A stretch of DNA of 64,000 nt from Candidatus Latescibacterota bacterium. Its GTDB lineage: Bacteria; Latescibacterota; UBA2968; GCA-2709665. Of this stretch, positions 10,180 to 20,800 are shown piece after piece (the stretch's first letter is position 1; each line of letters starts with the position of its first letter). The position numbers and the translations under genes are program-made. The notes beneath the pieces were generated by a model that made no database searches, had not been told where the DNA came from, and worked only from the letters and a program-made list of their open reading frames with translations. Location: NCBI GenBank assembly GCA_965205485.1, contig OZ242180.1, positions 1,152,001 through 1,216,000 of the forward strand. Direction: 5' to 3'.

Positions 10180-11460
10180 ATGTCCGTGCGCATTGTGCTC
10201 GGGGCTCAGTGGGGAGATGAAGGCAAAGCCAAGGTGGTGGACTATATGACGGCGGACTCGGACGTCGTGGTGCGTTTCCAGGGTGGAGCCAACGCCGGGC
10301 ACACCATCAAGGCGGGCGATCTGGAGTTCGTATTTCATCTCATTCCCGCGGGGATCGTGCATCCGGACAAGACGTGCGTGATCGGCAACGGCGTGGTGAT
10401 GGATCCGGAGGCGTTGTTTCTCGAGGTGGAAGAGCTGGAGTCAAAAGGCATTTCCATCGAGAATCGGCTGTTCGTCAGTCCGAATACCCACCTGGTCATG
10501 CCGTATCACAAACGTGTCGAACAGGCCAGTGAGGAAAGGGATGGGGCGGAAGCGATCGGGACCACGCTGCGGGGCATCGGACCGTGCTACCAGGACAAGG
10601 TCAACCGCTCCTCCGGCATTCGCGTGGGAGACCTGTACGACACCGACGCGCTGCCTGCCAAAGTGCGGGAGAACGTCCGACAGAAAAACGAGATCCTCGA
10701 AAACGTGTACGGCCAGGCAGGACTGGATCCAACGCCGATCATCGAGGCCTATACCGCATTCGGCGAACGCCTAGCGCCGTTCGTCACCGATACCTCCGTG
10801 TACCTGAACGATATGATCGACGCGGGCAGGGACGTCCTGTTCGAGGGCTCGCAGGGCACATTGCTGGATATCGACCACGGTACGTATCCTTTTGTGACCT
10901 CATCGAACACGACGGCCGGCGGCGCATGTACGGGCGCCGGTATCGGACCCACCCGGGTTTCCGAGGTCATCGGCGTGGTCAAGGCGTATACCACGCGCGT
11001 GGGCAACGGGCCGTTTCCCACCGAACTGACGGGCGCCATGGGCGACCGGATCCGGGAAATCGGACACGAGTACGGGGCGACCACGGGCCGGCCGAGGCGG
11101 TGCGGCTGGCTGGATGCCGTGATCCTCAGGTTTGCCGCGAGGGTGAACGGTCTGTCCGGTATCGCGGTGACACGTCTGGACATACTGGATCCCCTGGACG
11201 AGATCCGGATCTGCACGCACTATACCCGCCGCGGGAAGCGATTGGAACACTTCCCGAGCGACGTGAAGGTGCTGGCGGAATGTGAGCCCGTGTACGAAAC
11301 GATGGCGGGCTGGCGGTCCTCCACCAGCGATGCGAGGCGGTGGGAGGAACTCCCGGACAACGCCAGGCGGTACCTGGACAGAATTCAGGAGTTGAGCCGT
11401 ACGCCCATCGCCATGGTGTCCGTGGGACCGGACCGCAAGGAGACGATCGTGGTGGATTGA
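10180..11460 (+). CDS. purA: Adenylosuccinate synthetase
   Basis: GAQWGDEGKAK, QGGANAGHT, GTYPFVTSS and GATTGRPRRCGW motifs. Confidence 0.98.
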   Translation: MSVRIVLGAQWGDEGKAKVVDYMTADSDVVVRFQGGANAGHTIKAGDLEFVFHLIPAGIVHPDKTCVIGNGVVMDPEALFLEVEELESKGISIENRLFVSPNTHLVMPYHKRVEQASEERDGAEAIGTTLRGIGPCYQDKVNRSSGIRVGDLYDTDALPAKVRENVRQKNEILENVYGQAGLDPTPIIEAYTAFGERLAPFVTDTSVYLNDMIDAGRDVLFEGSQGTLLDIDHGTYPFVTSSNTTAGGACTGAGIGPTRVSEVIGVVKAYTTRVGNGPFPTELTGAMGDRIREIGHEYGATTGRPRRCGWLDAVILRFAARVNGLSGIAVTRLDILDPLDEIRICTHYTRRGKRLEHFPSDVKVLAECEPVYETMAGWRSSTSDARRWEELPDNARRYLDRIQELSRTPIAMVSVGPDRKETIVVD

Positions 11461-11566
11461 CCGGGGGTCGATGACGCGCGTATTAAAGTCAGGGATACAG
11501 GTTGACCGCCATGGCAAGTTTGTTATATTTCCACCAAATGAAGCCGATTTCGAAAAGGGATACCGG

Positions 11567-12148
11567 ATGAACGCCGTGTTCGTCGATAAGGAATCGTTGA
11601 TCGCCAGGGCGAAATCGTCCGGCGATCTGGCTGGAGAGGATCTCACGGGGATTGACTTCGACGGAGAGGACCTCTCCGGCGTGGATTTCTCAAACGCGCG
11701 GCTGGACAACGCCAGGTTCAAAAGTGCAACGCTCCTGGAAACCCGATTTCACAACGCGAGCATGAAGGACGCCGACCTCAGCGGCGCGAAAATGAACCGG
11801 GTTTATCTGGTCGCCGCGGACCTGCTGGGCGCGAACCTGTCGGACGCGGTGATGGACGATGCGTTCCTGTCGGGCGCGATACTCGGCGGTGCGAATTTCA
11901 CGGGCGCCAGTCTGAAGCGCGCGCGCCTGGGCGTGGTACACGCGTCGTTTCCGAATCCTTCGGGTCGGCCGACGAGTTTCAGGAACGCCAACCTCGAAGC
12001 GGCGGTTGTGGGCGCGACGGACTTCAGGGGAACGGATCTGCGCGGCGCCAACCTGAATGGCGCATTCCTGTACGAGGCGCAACTGCGTGGGGCGATTGTC
12101 GATAAGAAACAGTTTGAGAAAGCGGTAACACGGGTGGAATCGTATTAA
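11567..12148 (+). CDS. Pentapeptide repeat protein
   Basis: Tandem A(D/N)L(S/T)G pentapeptides. ATG 11567 is preferred because a TTGACC-N16-TATATT promoter lies at 11502-11529, inside the longer ORF call. Confidence 0.85.
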   Translation: MNAVFVDKESLIARAKSSGDLAGEDLTGIDFDGEDLSGVDFSNARLDNARFKSATLLETRFHNASMKDADLSGAKMNRVYLVAADLLGANLSDAVMDDAFLSGAILGGANFTGASLKRARLGVVHASFPNPSGRPTSFRNANLEAAVVGATDFRGTDLRGANLNGAFLYEAQLRGAIVDKKQFEKAVTRVESY

Positions 12149-12158
12149 AAAAAGACGC

Positions 12159-13205
12159 GTGAGTGAGGAAGTGGCTATTCCCATGGTGGACGCGGCGACC
12201 GACAGATTGGGCAGACCGCTCAGGGATCTTCGGATTTCCGTTACGGACCGTTGTAATTTCCGGTGTCCGTACTGTATGCCGGCCGAGGTCTTCGGGGAGA
12301 ACTATGCGTTCCTGCCCAGGGCCGAGATACTGACGTTCGAGGAAATCGAACGGCTCACGCGTCTCTTCGTGGGTCTGGGGGTGCGCAAAGTCCGCGTCAC
12401 CGGAGGGGAGCCGCTGCTCAGGCGGGAACTTCCGGCGCTGATCAGGCGGCTCGGGGCGATCGACGGCGTGGAAGACCTCACGCTCACCACCAACGGATAC
12501 CTGCTGCCGCGAACGGTCGGGGAACTTAAGGGCGCAGGGCTGTACAGGATAACCGTCAGTCTGGATTCCCTGGACGAGGACGTATTCGAACGGTTGAACG
12601 GACGAGGGTATCACGTCTCTCAGGTGCTGGCGGGAATCCGGGCGGCGGAAGCTGCGGGATTTACCCCGCTCAAGATCAACGCGGTGGTTCAGCGCGGGGT
12701 GAACGACCATACCGTCGTCGATCTCGCCCGGCACTTTAGCGGAACGGGGCATATCGTCCGCTTTATCGAGTATATGGACGTGGGCAACCGCAACGGCTGG
12801 CGCCTGGATCAGGTGGTGCCCGCCGCGGAGATCGTGCGGCGAATCCATGAGGTCATGCCGGTGACCGCCGTGGCGCCGAACTACCCGGGCGAGGTCGCGC
12901 GGCGGTATCGATATCTGGACGGGAGCGGGGAGATCGGCGTCATCGCCTCTGTTACCCAACCGTTCTGCGGCGACTGTACGCGGGCGAGGCTATCCACGGA
13001 CGGCAAGGTATATACGTGCCTGTTTTCGGGTACTGGCGTGGACCTCAGGGGTCCCCTCCGCGACGGGGCCACGGACGACGCCCTTCTGGCGACGATCTCC
13101 GAGATCTGGGAGGGGCGTGAGGACCGATATTCTGAAATGAGGACGGCCGAAACCGCGGAAATGCCGTCATTTTCCAAGGTGGAAATGTACCAGATCGGGG
13201 GTTGA
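12159..13205 (+). CDS. moaA: GTP 3',8-cyclase (molybdenum cofactor biosynthesis)
   Basis: [26 protein letters not shown]...YTC and C-terminal IGG. Confidence 0.96.
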   Translation: MSEEVAIPMVDAATDRLGRPLRDLRISVTDRCNFRCPYCMPAEVFGENYAFLPRAEILTFEEIERLTRLFVGLGVRKVRVTGGEPLLRRELPALIRRLGAIDGVEDLTLTTNGYLLPRTVGELKGAGLYRITVSLDSLDEDVFERLNGRGYHVSQVLAGIRAAEAAGFTPLKINAVVQRGVNDHTVVDLARHFSGTGHIVRFIEYMDVGNRNGWRLDQVVPAAEIVRRIHEVMPVTAVAPNYPGEVARRYRYLDGSGEIGVIASVTQPFCGDCTRARLSTDGKVYTCLFSGTGVDLRGPLRDGATDDALLATISEIWEGREDRYSEMRTAETAEMPSFSKVEMYQIGG

Positions 13206-13594
13206 TCACCGTCTGAAAGCACGATTCACGTGCCGGGTCTGCAAATCGCGACCGGGAGAGCGGTGATTTATTCCGGCAGAGAGACACGAATGTCTCTCTT
13301 TTTTGTTGACATCGGCGCCTCGCAACCTTTCTTTTACGCATAACATTTATGAGTATCTTGATCATAATACTCAACAATTAGATTCACGTCAAATACCGGG
13401 CGGAAACCACTTGAACCTTGAGGAGAAAGACAAGCACTGTCACGCTGCGGGTCGACGACCTGATCAGATCCACTGAACCTGATCGTGACGGCCCTGGTTT
13501 CCGGATAATTTCGTTGACTTCACACAGTGAGTTCAATAGATTACCCGCCTGATCGACGCGTTCGCCCTGCAATCGGGATACAGGAGGCGTTGCC

Positions 13595-15850
13595 ATGTCT
13601 GACTCTGCAACCTGGAAGGCAGTTCTCTCGGACCGCATACCCGACGAACTGGGCCGGGAAGTCGATATCTTCGCCACCCAGATCGAGCTGCGGAAACAGG
13701 ACAAGATTGACGATACCGTATTTGCCGAAACCCGCCTGCGCAGGGGGGTTTACGGGCAGCGCTACGACAACGGCAAAAGGTTCGACGGCAGCAATACGCA
13801 GGTTCTGGATTTCCCGAGCGGAGACCTGGTGAAGGGACCTGATACGGTGTGGGACGCACCGGGGATGCAGCGGATCAAGATTCCGTTCGGGGGCCTGACC
13901 GCGGACCAACTGGATATGCTGGCTGACGTGGCGGAGGAGGTTTCGGACGCGATCCTGCACATTACCACCCGCCAGGACGTTCAACTGCATTACGTGCATA
14001 TCGACGATACGCCGGACCTGATGTACCGCCTGGCGTCTGTAGGAATCACAACCCGAGAAGCCTGCGGCAATACGGTGCGGAACGTGACGGCCTGCCCCCT
14101 TTCCGGGGTGTGCAGGACGGAGACATTCGACGTAACGCCCTACGCAAGGGCGTGTTCCAGGTTCCTCCTGGGTCACCAGGACGCGCAGGACTTCGGCCGG
14201 AAGTTCAAAATCGCTTTCTCCGGATGCGAACACGAGGCCTGCGGGCTTGCCAGTATGCACGACATCGGCGCGATCGCGGTTACGAGGACCGTGGACGGCA
14301 GGGAGAAACGCGGGTTCAGGTTCTACGTTGGCGGCGGGCTGGGCGCCGTGCCTCACCAGGCGAAGTTGTTCCAGGAATTTCTGCCGGAAGAGGAGCTCCT
14401 GCCCGTGTCCCAGGCGATCTCCCGCGTGTTTGCCCGCCTCGGCGAGAAGCGTAACCGGGCGCGCGCGCGGCTGAAGTTCCTGATCGCCAAATTGGGCCTG
14501 GAGGAGTTCAAGCGCCTGGTGGACGAGGAGCGAAAGGTGATGCCCGACGACCCCGAGTGGACGGCGTACCTTTCGGACCTCCACGCTTATGACGAAAAGC
14601 CGCTGAAGATCGCACAGCCGCTGAACGGCGCCGCGGCCGGCGACGGCTTCGAGGAATGGGCGCGTACCAACGTATACCGGCAGCGCCAGGACGGCTACGC
14701 GGTGGTTACGGTCACGCTGCCGCTCGGCGACCTCACGTCCATTCAGACCCGGGCCCTCGCCGATATTTCAAGACGATTCGTCAACGATACCATCCGCGCC
14801 ACCGTGGAGCAGAACATCGTGCTGCGCTGGGTGAGCGAGGCGGACCTCCCCGAACTCTACAACGCGCTGGCGGAAATCGGATTGAATGAACCCGGCGCGG
14901 GGACGATCGTGGACGTGACGGCATGCCCCGGAACGGATACCTGCAAGCTGGGCATCGCGTCGTCCCGCGGGCTGGCCGCCGAAATGCGCACGCGCCTGGC
15001 CGAAAAGGGCCTGGATATGGACGCCGCGGTTGAAGGCCTGCGCATCAAGATCAGCGGCTGCTTCAATTCCTGCGGGCAGCATCACGTCGCGGACCTGGGA
15101 TTCTACGGAATCAGCCGCAAGGTTGGCGGTTACACGGTGCCGCATTTTCAGGTGGTACTCGGCGGCCAGTGGACGGGAAACGCCGCATCCTTCGGACTGG
15201 CGATGGGAGCGGTCCCGTCCAAGCGGATCCCCGACGTCGTCGCGCGAATCAGCGAAAGCTACATTGAGGGACGAACGGGTGACGAAAGCTTTCAGGAGTA
15301 TATCCGGCGGATCGGCAAGGTGCAGGTGAAACGGATGCTGGACGACCTGACCGAGGTGCCGCCCTATGAGATCGACTCCTCCTATTATATGGACTGGGGA
15401 GACAGCCGGGTGTTCACCACCGGGGACATGGGGAAGGGCGAGTGCGCGGGCGAAGTGGTGCCGCTGGTACAGTTCGAACTGTCCGGTTGCGAGCGGGAGG
15501 CCTTCGAGGCCCAGGTGCTGCTGGAAAGCGGTCAATACGAACCGGCCTATAAACAGGCGTACAGCGCAATGGTACACGCCGCCAAGGCCCTGGTAAAGAC
15601 ACAGTTCCTGGACGTCCCGGAAGACCCGGATACAATCGTGTCGGAATTCCGCACCAGAATCGTCGACTCCGGCCTGCTGCACGACAATCCGGTAACCCGC
15701 GGCAAGTTCGCCAACTATCTCTTCCACGCCCAGAGGCGTAACGTCGAGTCCTACAACGAAGACCTGGCGCACCGGTTCATCGAGGAGACGCAGCTCTTCA
15801 TCGAAGCCGCGTACGCCTGCTACGGGCGGATGAACGTCGTAAGCTCCTGA
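13595..15850 (+). CDS. Ferredoxin-type nitrite/sulfite reductase with a C-terminal HEPN-like helical extension
   Basis: HITTRQ, RKFKIAFSGC, CPGTDTC...SGCFNSCGQH siroheme/[4Fe-4S] ligands; C-terminal AYSAMVHAAKAL segment. Confidence 0.88.
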   Translation: MSDSATWKAVLSDRIPDELGREVDIFATQIELRKQDKIDDTVFAETRLRRGVYGQRYDNGKRFDGSNTQVLDFPSGDLVKGPDTVWDAPGMQRIKIPFGGLTADQLDMLADVAEEVSDAILHITTRQDVQLHYVHIDDTPDLMYRLASVGITTREACGNTVRNVTACPLSGVCRTETFDVTPYARACSRFLLGHQDAQDFGRKFKIAFSGCEHEACGLASMHDIGAIAVTRTVDGREKRGFRFYVGGGLGAVPHQAKLFQEFLPEEELLPVSQAISRVFARLGEKRNRARARLKFLIAKLGLEEFKRLVDEERKVMPDDPEWTAYLSDLHAYDEKPLKIAQPLNGAAAGDGFEEWARTNVYRQRQDGYAVVTVTLPLGDLTSIQTRALADISRRFVNDTIRATVEQNIVLRWVSEADLPELYNALAEIGLNEPGAGTIVDVTACPGTDTCKLGIASSRGLAAEMRTRLAEKGLDMDAAVEGLRIKISGCFNSCGQHHVADLGFYGISRKVGGYTVPHFQVVLGGQWTGNAASFGLAMGAVPSKRIPDVVARISESYIEGRTGDESFQEYIRRIGKVQVKRMLDDLTEVPPYEIDSSYYMDWGDSRVFTTGDMGKGECAGEVVPLVQFELSGCEREAFEAQVLLESGQYEPAYKQAYSAMVHAAKALVKTQFLDVPEDPDTIVSEFRTRIVDSGLLHDNPVTRGKFANYLFHAQRRNVESYNEDLAHRFIEETQLFIEAAYACYGRMNVVSS

Positions 15851-15854
15851 ACTT

Positions 15855-16436
15855 ATGAACGCGTATCGAATTCAGATCAAATTCTACCTCGAGAGCGGGG
15901 AGGACGTGGCGCCGGAAACCTGGTTCAGGGTCTTCAACACCTGGATTCCCGAGACCACGGACGAGGTGCTCGTCGACGTGGCGGACTACAGCCACGTGCA
16001 CCGCGGGCCGGTGACCCTGCTGGTCGGGCACGAGGCGAACTACAGTATCGATCGGACGGACGGGAAGGCCGGCCTCCTGTACGACCGCAAACAGCCGTCC
16101 GGGGGCGGCTTCGGGGACCGGTTGGAGTCCGCATTGGTCTCCGCGCTGAAGGCCTGCGGCAAGCTGGAACGGGATTCCTTATTGGCCGGCGCCGCCAGAT
16201 TCAGGACGAATGAGGTTCTCATCGGCCTGAACGACAGGTTGCTGGCCCCGAATTCAGAAGAAACGCATGCCGCGATCCGGGTGGAGCTGGACAGGGTGCT
16301 CGACAGGCTGTTCAATGGCGCCGACATGGCCATCGAGCGCGATCCGGACCCCAAACAACGATTCACGCTGAAAGTCGATTCAGGCAGCGAGGAAAGCGTC
16401 GCTGATCTATTGCGGCGTCTCAATGGGAATTGTTAG
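15855..16436 (+). CDS. Conserved hypothetical protein, co-transcribed with the reductase
   Basis: 193-aa ORF 4 nt after the reductase stop, with typical codon usage; DVADYSHV and LNDRLLAPN blocks look conserved. Confidence 0.7.
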   Translation: MNAYRIQIKFYLESGEDVAPETWFRVFNTWIPETTDEVLVDVADYSHVHRGPVTLLVGHEANYSIDRTDGKAGLLYDRKQPSGGGFGDRLESALVSALKACGKLERDSLLAGAARFRTNEVLIGLNDRLLAPNSEETHAAIRVELDRVLDRLFNGADMAIERDPDPKQRFTLKVDSGSEESVADLLRRLNGNC

Positions 16437-16622
16437 AAGCCGTTTTGAAATTACCGGTGAGTTCCCGAGCGCGAGCGAAAAAGTGGCGGTCAAGGCGGGC
16501 AAATCCGGCTATGAGAGGCGAGCAAGCGCAGGCTCGATCTCGTAGGACGGGTGGGTTTGACCAACGCCGACCGCCGCTTTTGCAGCCGCGCGAAGACCGC
16601 TGGGAATTTTAAGACGGCTTCT
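16435..16622. mobile_element. MITE-like element, copy 1
   Basis: Terminal inverted repeats AGAAGCCGTTTTGAAATT / AATTTTAAGACGGCTTCT, no coding capacity, near-identical copy at 45614-45825. Confidence 0.75.
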
Positions 16623-16636
16623 TGTCTTTTTGACGC

Positions 16637-16664
16637 TTGACAAACCGAAAGAAAGTTCTATATT
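16637..16664 (+). promoter_or_regulatory. Sigma-70 promoter of the ferredoxin gene
   Basis: TTGACA-N16-TATATT. Confidence 0.55.
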
Positions 16665-16816
16665 TCGAATGAGATTTACGTGGATGTCGTGGTAGCGAGG
16701 TGGACTTCGTGAGCCGTTCCAATATCCGTCTCGGTTCGCCGGATTCGGTCTCACGAACCTGCATTCCATGATTCAGGATAGATCTTCAAGACGACTCAAG
16801 GAAAGGGGTGAAGAGA

Positions 16817-17080
16817 ATGACGTACATTATCGCCGAGCCATGCATCGACGTGATGGACAGGGCATGCGTGGAGGTCTGCCCGGTCGACTGCATCTACGAG
16901 CCCGATGCAACCAATCTGCCAGAGGACGAGCAACGCCAGATGCTCTACATCCACCCGGATGAGTGCATCGATTGCGGGGCCTGCGAACCCGAGTGCCCGG
17001 TTGAGGCGATTTTTGAAGAAGACGATACACCTGACGAATGGAAGGAATATATCGAAATTAACGCGAAGGCTTTCGAATAG
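16817..17080 (+). CDS. Ferredoxin (FdxA-type, 7Fe/8Fe)
   Basis: MTYIIAEPC...[11 protein letters not shown]...[17 protein letters not shown]. Confidence 0.93.
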   Translation: MTYIIAEPCIDVMDRACVEVCPVDCIYEPDATNLPEDEQRQMLYIHPDECIDCGACEPECPVEAIFEEDDTPDEWKEYIEINAKAFE

Positions 17081-17846
17081 GGCGTTTCAACCTCTTCGTT
17101 CGTTCATTCGACGTGGAGAAAATGCCAGGATCGGCCGATCCTGGCATTTTGAATTTGGAACAACCGAAGCGTGCAGACCTCTCTTACCGGCTTAACGCCT
17201 CCGGCGGTGAAAGGAAAATAAATTTGGTACACCGAATTCAGAATCCAAATCTCCCCAAATTCCCTGCCTACGGCGTGTTCCTTTTGAAGCGACCAAAAGG
17301 AACCAAAAGTCGCCGTTGGGCGCGGGGCCTGCCTTATGCATGGCGCGAATACCCTCATGGGACGCACGCGATACGCTGGCCTGCCAACCCGGAAGGATAC
17401 CGCAAATCCGTGCGGGACGGAACAACGCGCCCTGCTCTGGGAGTGTCTGGAAAGGGTTCGAGCAGCTGTCAGCCAAATGCGGTTCCTGTAAAGGATACGC
17501 GTCGGGAATCACAGATATCTCCACCGCAATGTGGGCAACCGCAAGGGTTGCCCCTACAGATGAGAATGCAGCGTGTCCGGTGGTTGCGTGGGGGGTTTTT
17601 CCGTGCTGATCCGTCCAGCACAATTGCACTGTTGCCGGTGATAGGTTCGTAGGCAACCAAAGTCACGTTTTCGCCTCTGAGGGGGTTCACGGAAAACCGG
17701 CCCCCCGCCGAGGGGCGCCCTTCTTTTTCGCCCTTTTTCTTGGGCGATTCAAGAAAAAGGGCAAGGGAATAGGGGACGTTTGGGGGGAGGAGCAGAAGCA
17801 GGATTTGACCCATTATGACATTTCACACGGAAGGACGAAGGCGTTA

Positions 17847-20800
17847 ATGCAAGCAACCACCAAAACCGGGCTGTACCGGCCCGAATTCGAACACGATGCA
17901 TGCGGCGTGGGTTTTGTTGCGGATATCGGGGGATAGCTTTCAGGCCGTTGCATTTTCTCGACTTAGAGAAGGATCCGCTTTTGTTGCGGATATCGGGGGC
18001 AACCGAAACAGTGAAATCATGCGCCAGGCGGTGCTCGGGCTGGCCAATCTGACCCATCGGGGCGCGATGGACGCGGATGCCAAGACCGGCGACGGCGCCG
18101 GTGTGCTCACCCAGATTCCCGGCCGGTTGATCGTAAGGGAGGCTGAACGGCTGGGATATCGTGCGCCCCGCGCCGAAGACCTGGCCATCGGCATGCTGTT
18201 CCTGTCTCAGGACGCGGTGACCAACGACCGGTACCGTATTATCGTCGACGAAGCGACCGATCACTACGGGCTGACACTGATTGGTTGGCGGACGGTTCCG
18301 GTTGACCGCACGGTTCTCGGAGACCGGGCCGCGGAGTTGATGCCCGATATTCAACAGGTGCTTCTGGCCAGGGGACAGCGGATGTCCGATGCGGAATTCG
18401 AGCGGGCGCTGTACCTGGTTCGACGGCAGGTGGAAAGATCCGTGCGCAGGCACGGTATAGAGGGCTGCTATATCTGCTCGCTGTCCAACCGAACCATCGT
18501 CTACAAGGGGATGATGGTGGCGCCGCAGCTTGCGAGGTTTTACCGGGACCTGCAGAATCCCGATTTCGAAACCGCGCTGGCGGTCTTTCACCAGCGCTAC
18601 AGCACCAACACGCTGCCCGACTGGTTCCTGGCGCAGCCGTTTCGATATCTCGCGCACAACGGTGAAATCAACACCCTTCGGGGCAACGTGAACTGGATGC
18701 GCGCGCGCGAGGCGGAACTCAAATCCAGAGGCTGGGGGCGGTATCTGGACCGGATCAAACCCATCGTCGACGCGACCCGGAGCGATTCGGCGATGCTCGA
18801 CAACGTATTTGAGGCGCTGGTGGTGGCAGGCCGGAATCCGATGCACGCGATGATGATGCTGATCCCGGAGGCGTATCGGGAGATTCCCGACATGCCGGAG
18901 AACCTGCGCGGCTTTTATGAATACAACAATTGCCTGATGGAGCCCTGGGACGGGCCCGCCGCGGTCGCGTTCAGCGACGGCACGGTCGTAGGCGCAACGT
19001 TGGACCGAAACGGGTTGCGGCCGGCGCGCTACAAGATAACGGATAACGGGCTGATCGTCATGGGCTCTGAAGTCGGAATGCTGGAGATTGACGACCGCCA
19101 CGTCGTGGAGAAAGGGCGCCTGGGGCCGGGGCAGATGATCGCGGTGGACACGCACAGGGGCGTATTGCTGAAAAACGATGAGATTAAATCCCATTTTGCT
19201 GCCCGCCGGCCCTACCGGCGATGGGTGAGGGACAACCTGGCCTGTTTCGAGCAATCGGACACCCGTAATGAACCGAATCCCGTTGGAGAAAGGACGGACC
19301 TGGCGCGGCGGCGGGTGGCATTCGGATACACCGCCGATGAAATCGAGTATGTGCTGGTGCCCATGGCGAACGACGGCAAAGAGCCGGTAGGATCCATGGG
19401 CGACGATACGCCTCTCGCTATGTTGTCCGATCGGCCCCAGATCCTATACAATTTCTTTACGCAGCGATTCGCGCAGGTCACGAATCCGCCAATCGATCCC
19501 CTGCGGGAAGAACTCGTGATGTCGCTGGACGTCCTTCTGGGGCGTCGACGGAATATCTTCAGAGAGAAGGCGGGGAACGCACGGCTGATCCGCATCCCTT
19601 CTCCTGTATTGCTGGATTCAGAATTCCGCCGGCTTTTCAGTTCCGGGTTGCCGGGGTTGAAAACCGAAAAACTGTCCGCGCTGTTCGTAGCTTCCGAAGG
19701 AGTCGACGGCCTTCGAATTGCTTTGGACAGAATGTGCGACCGGGCGATACGCGCGGTCGAGTCCGGCAAGACCCTGTTGATTCTGAGCGATCGCGGGGTG
19801 GATTCGAAACACGCGCCCATCCCCATGCTGCTGGCTGTGGGCGCCGTTCATCATCACCTCATCCGGAACGGTAAGCGAATGCAGGCGAGCCTGATCGTGG
19901 AGTCGGGCGAGCCCAGGGAAGTGCACCACATCGCCTCGCTGATCGGATATGGCGCCAGCGCGGTGAATCCGTATCTGATTTACGAGAACCTTTACGAGCT
20001 TGTCCTGACCGGCGCGCTGGAAGGTGAAATCACCTACGCGAAAGCGCTGGACAACTACAGGAACGCGTTGGAGGCGGGTATCCTCAAGGTAATCTGCAAA
20101 ATGGGGATATCCACACTCAGCAGCTATTGCGGTGCGCAGATTTTCGACGCCGTCGGCCTGCATCCGGACGTGGTAGACCGGTATTTCCCGGGTACCGTAT
20201 CACAGGTTGGCGGAATCGGACTCGCGGAAATTGCCGACGACGCGGCCGAAAGGCACCAACTGGCGTTCCAGCCTGAGGCGTCACCCGCGATGAAGGACGC
20301 GGGCATCTATCGGTTCCGGAGGGATGGTGAGTACCATGCGTTCAATCCTCCCGTTTTCAAGGCGATCCACAGCGTGGCGAAGACCGGAGATTTTCAGGAC
20401 TTTACGGCTTACTCCAGGCTGGTGGAGCGGCGGCCGGCCGCGACGCTCCGGGACCTGATGACCTTTCGTGAAGCTCACGCCGTCCCGATTGAGGACGTGG
20501 AGCCGGCCGAGGCCATCTGCAGGCGCTTCGTGTCCTCGGCGATGTCGCACGGGGCGCTATCGCGCGAGGCGCACGAAACACTGGCCATCGCGTTGAACCG
20601 GATTGGCGCGAAGAGTAACAGCGGAGAGGGCGGCGAAGATCCGGCCCGGTATCGACGGCTGCCCAGCGGAGACTGGCCCAACAGCGCCATCAAGCAGGTG
20701 GCCTCCGGCAGATTCGGCGTGACACCCGAGTACCTGGCGTCGGCCAAGGAACTGGAAATCAAGATGGCGCAAGGATCCAAGCCGGGCGAAGGGGGGCAGC

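Noticed and set aside
15450..15850. HEPN RNase toxin or defence function for the reductase tail
   Set aside because: No clear RxxxxH catalytic motif and the context is metabolic.
16671..16786. SRP (4.5S) RNA, 6S RNA or tRNA
   Set aside because: It lacks the SRP helix-8 GNRA/AGCAG motif and a cloverleaf, and is short for 6S; kept only as an unknown structured leader.
17896..17980. ORF-track N-terminus of GltB (MHAAWVLLR...)
   Set aside because: It is an artefact of the 67-bp insertion; the real N-terminus with HDACG starts at 17847 in another frame.
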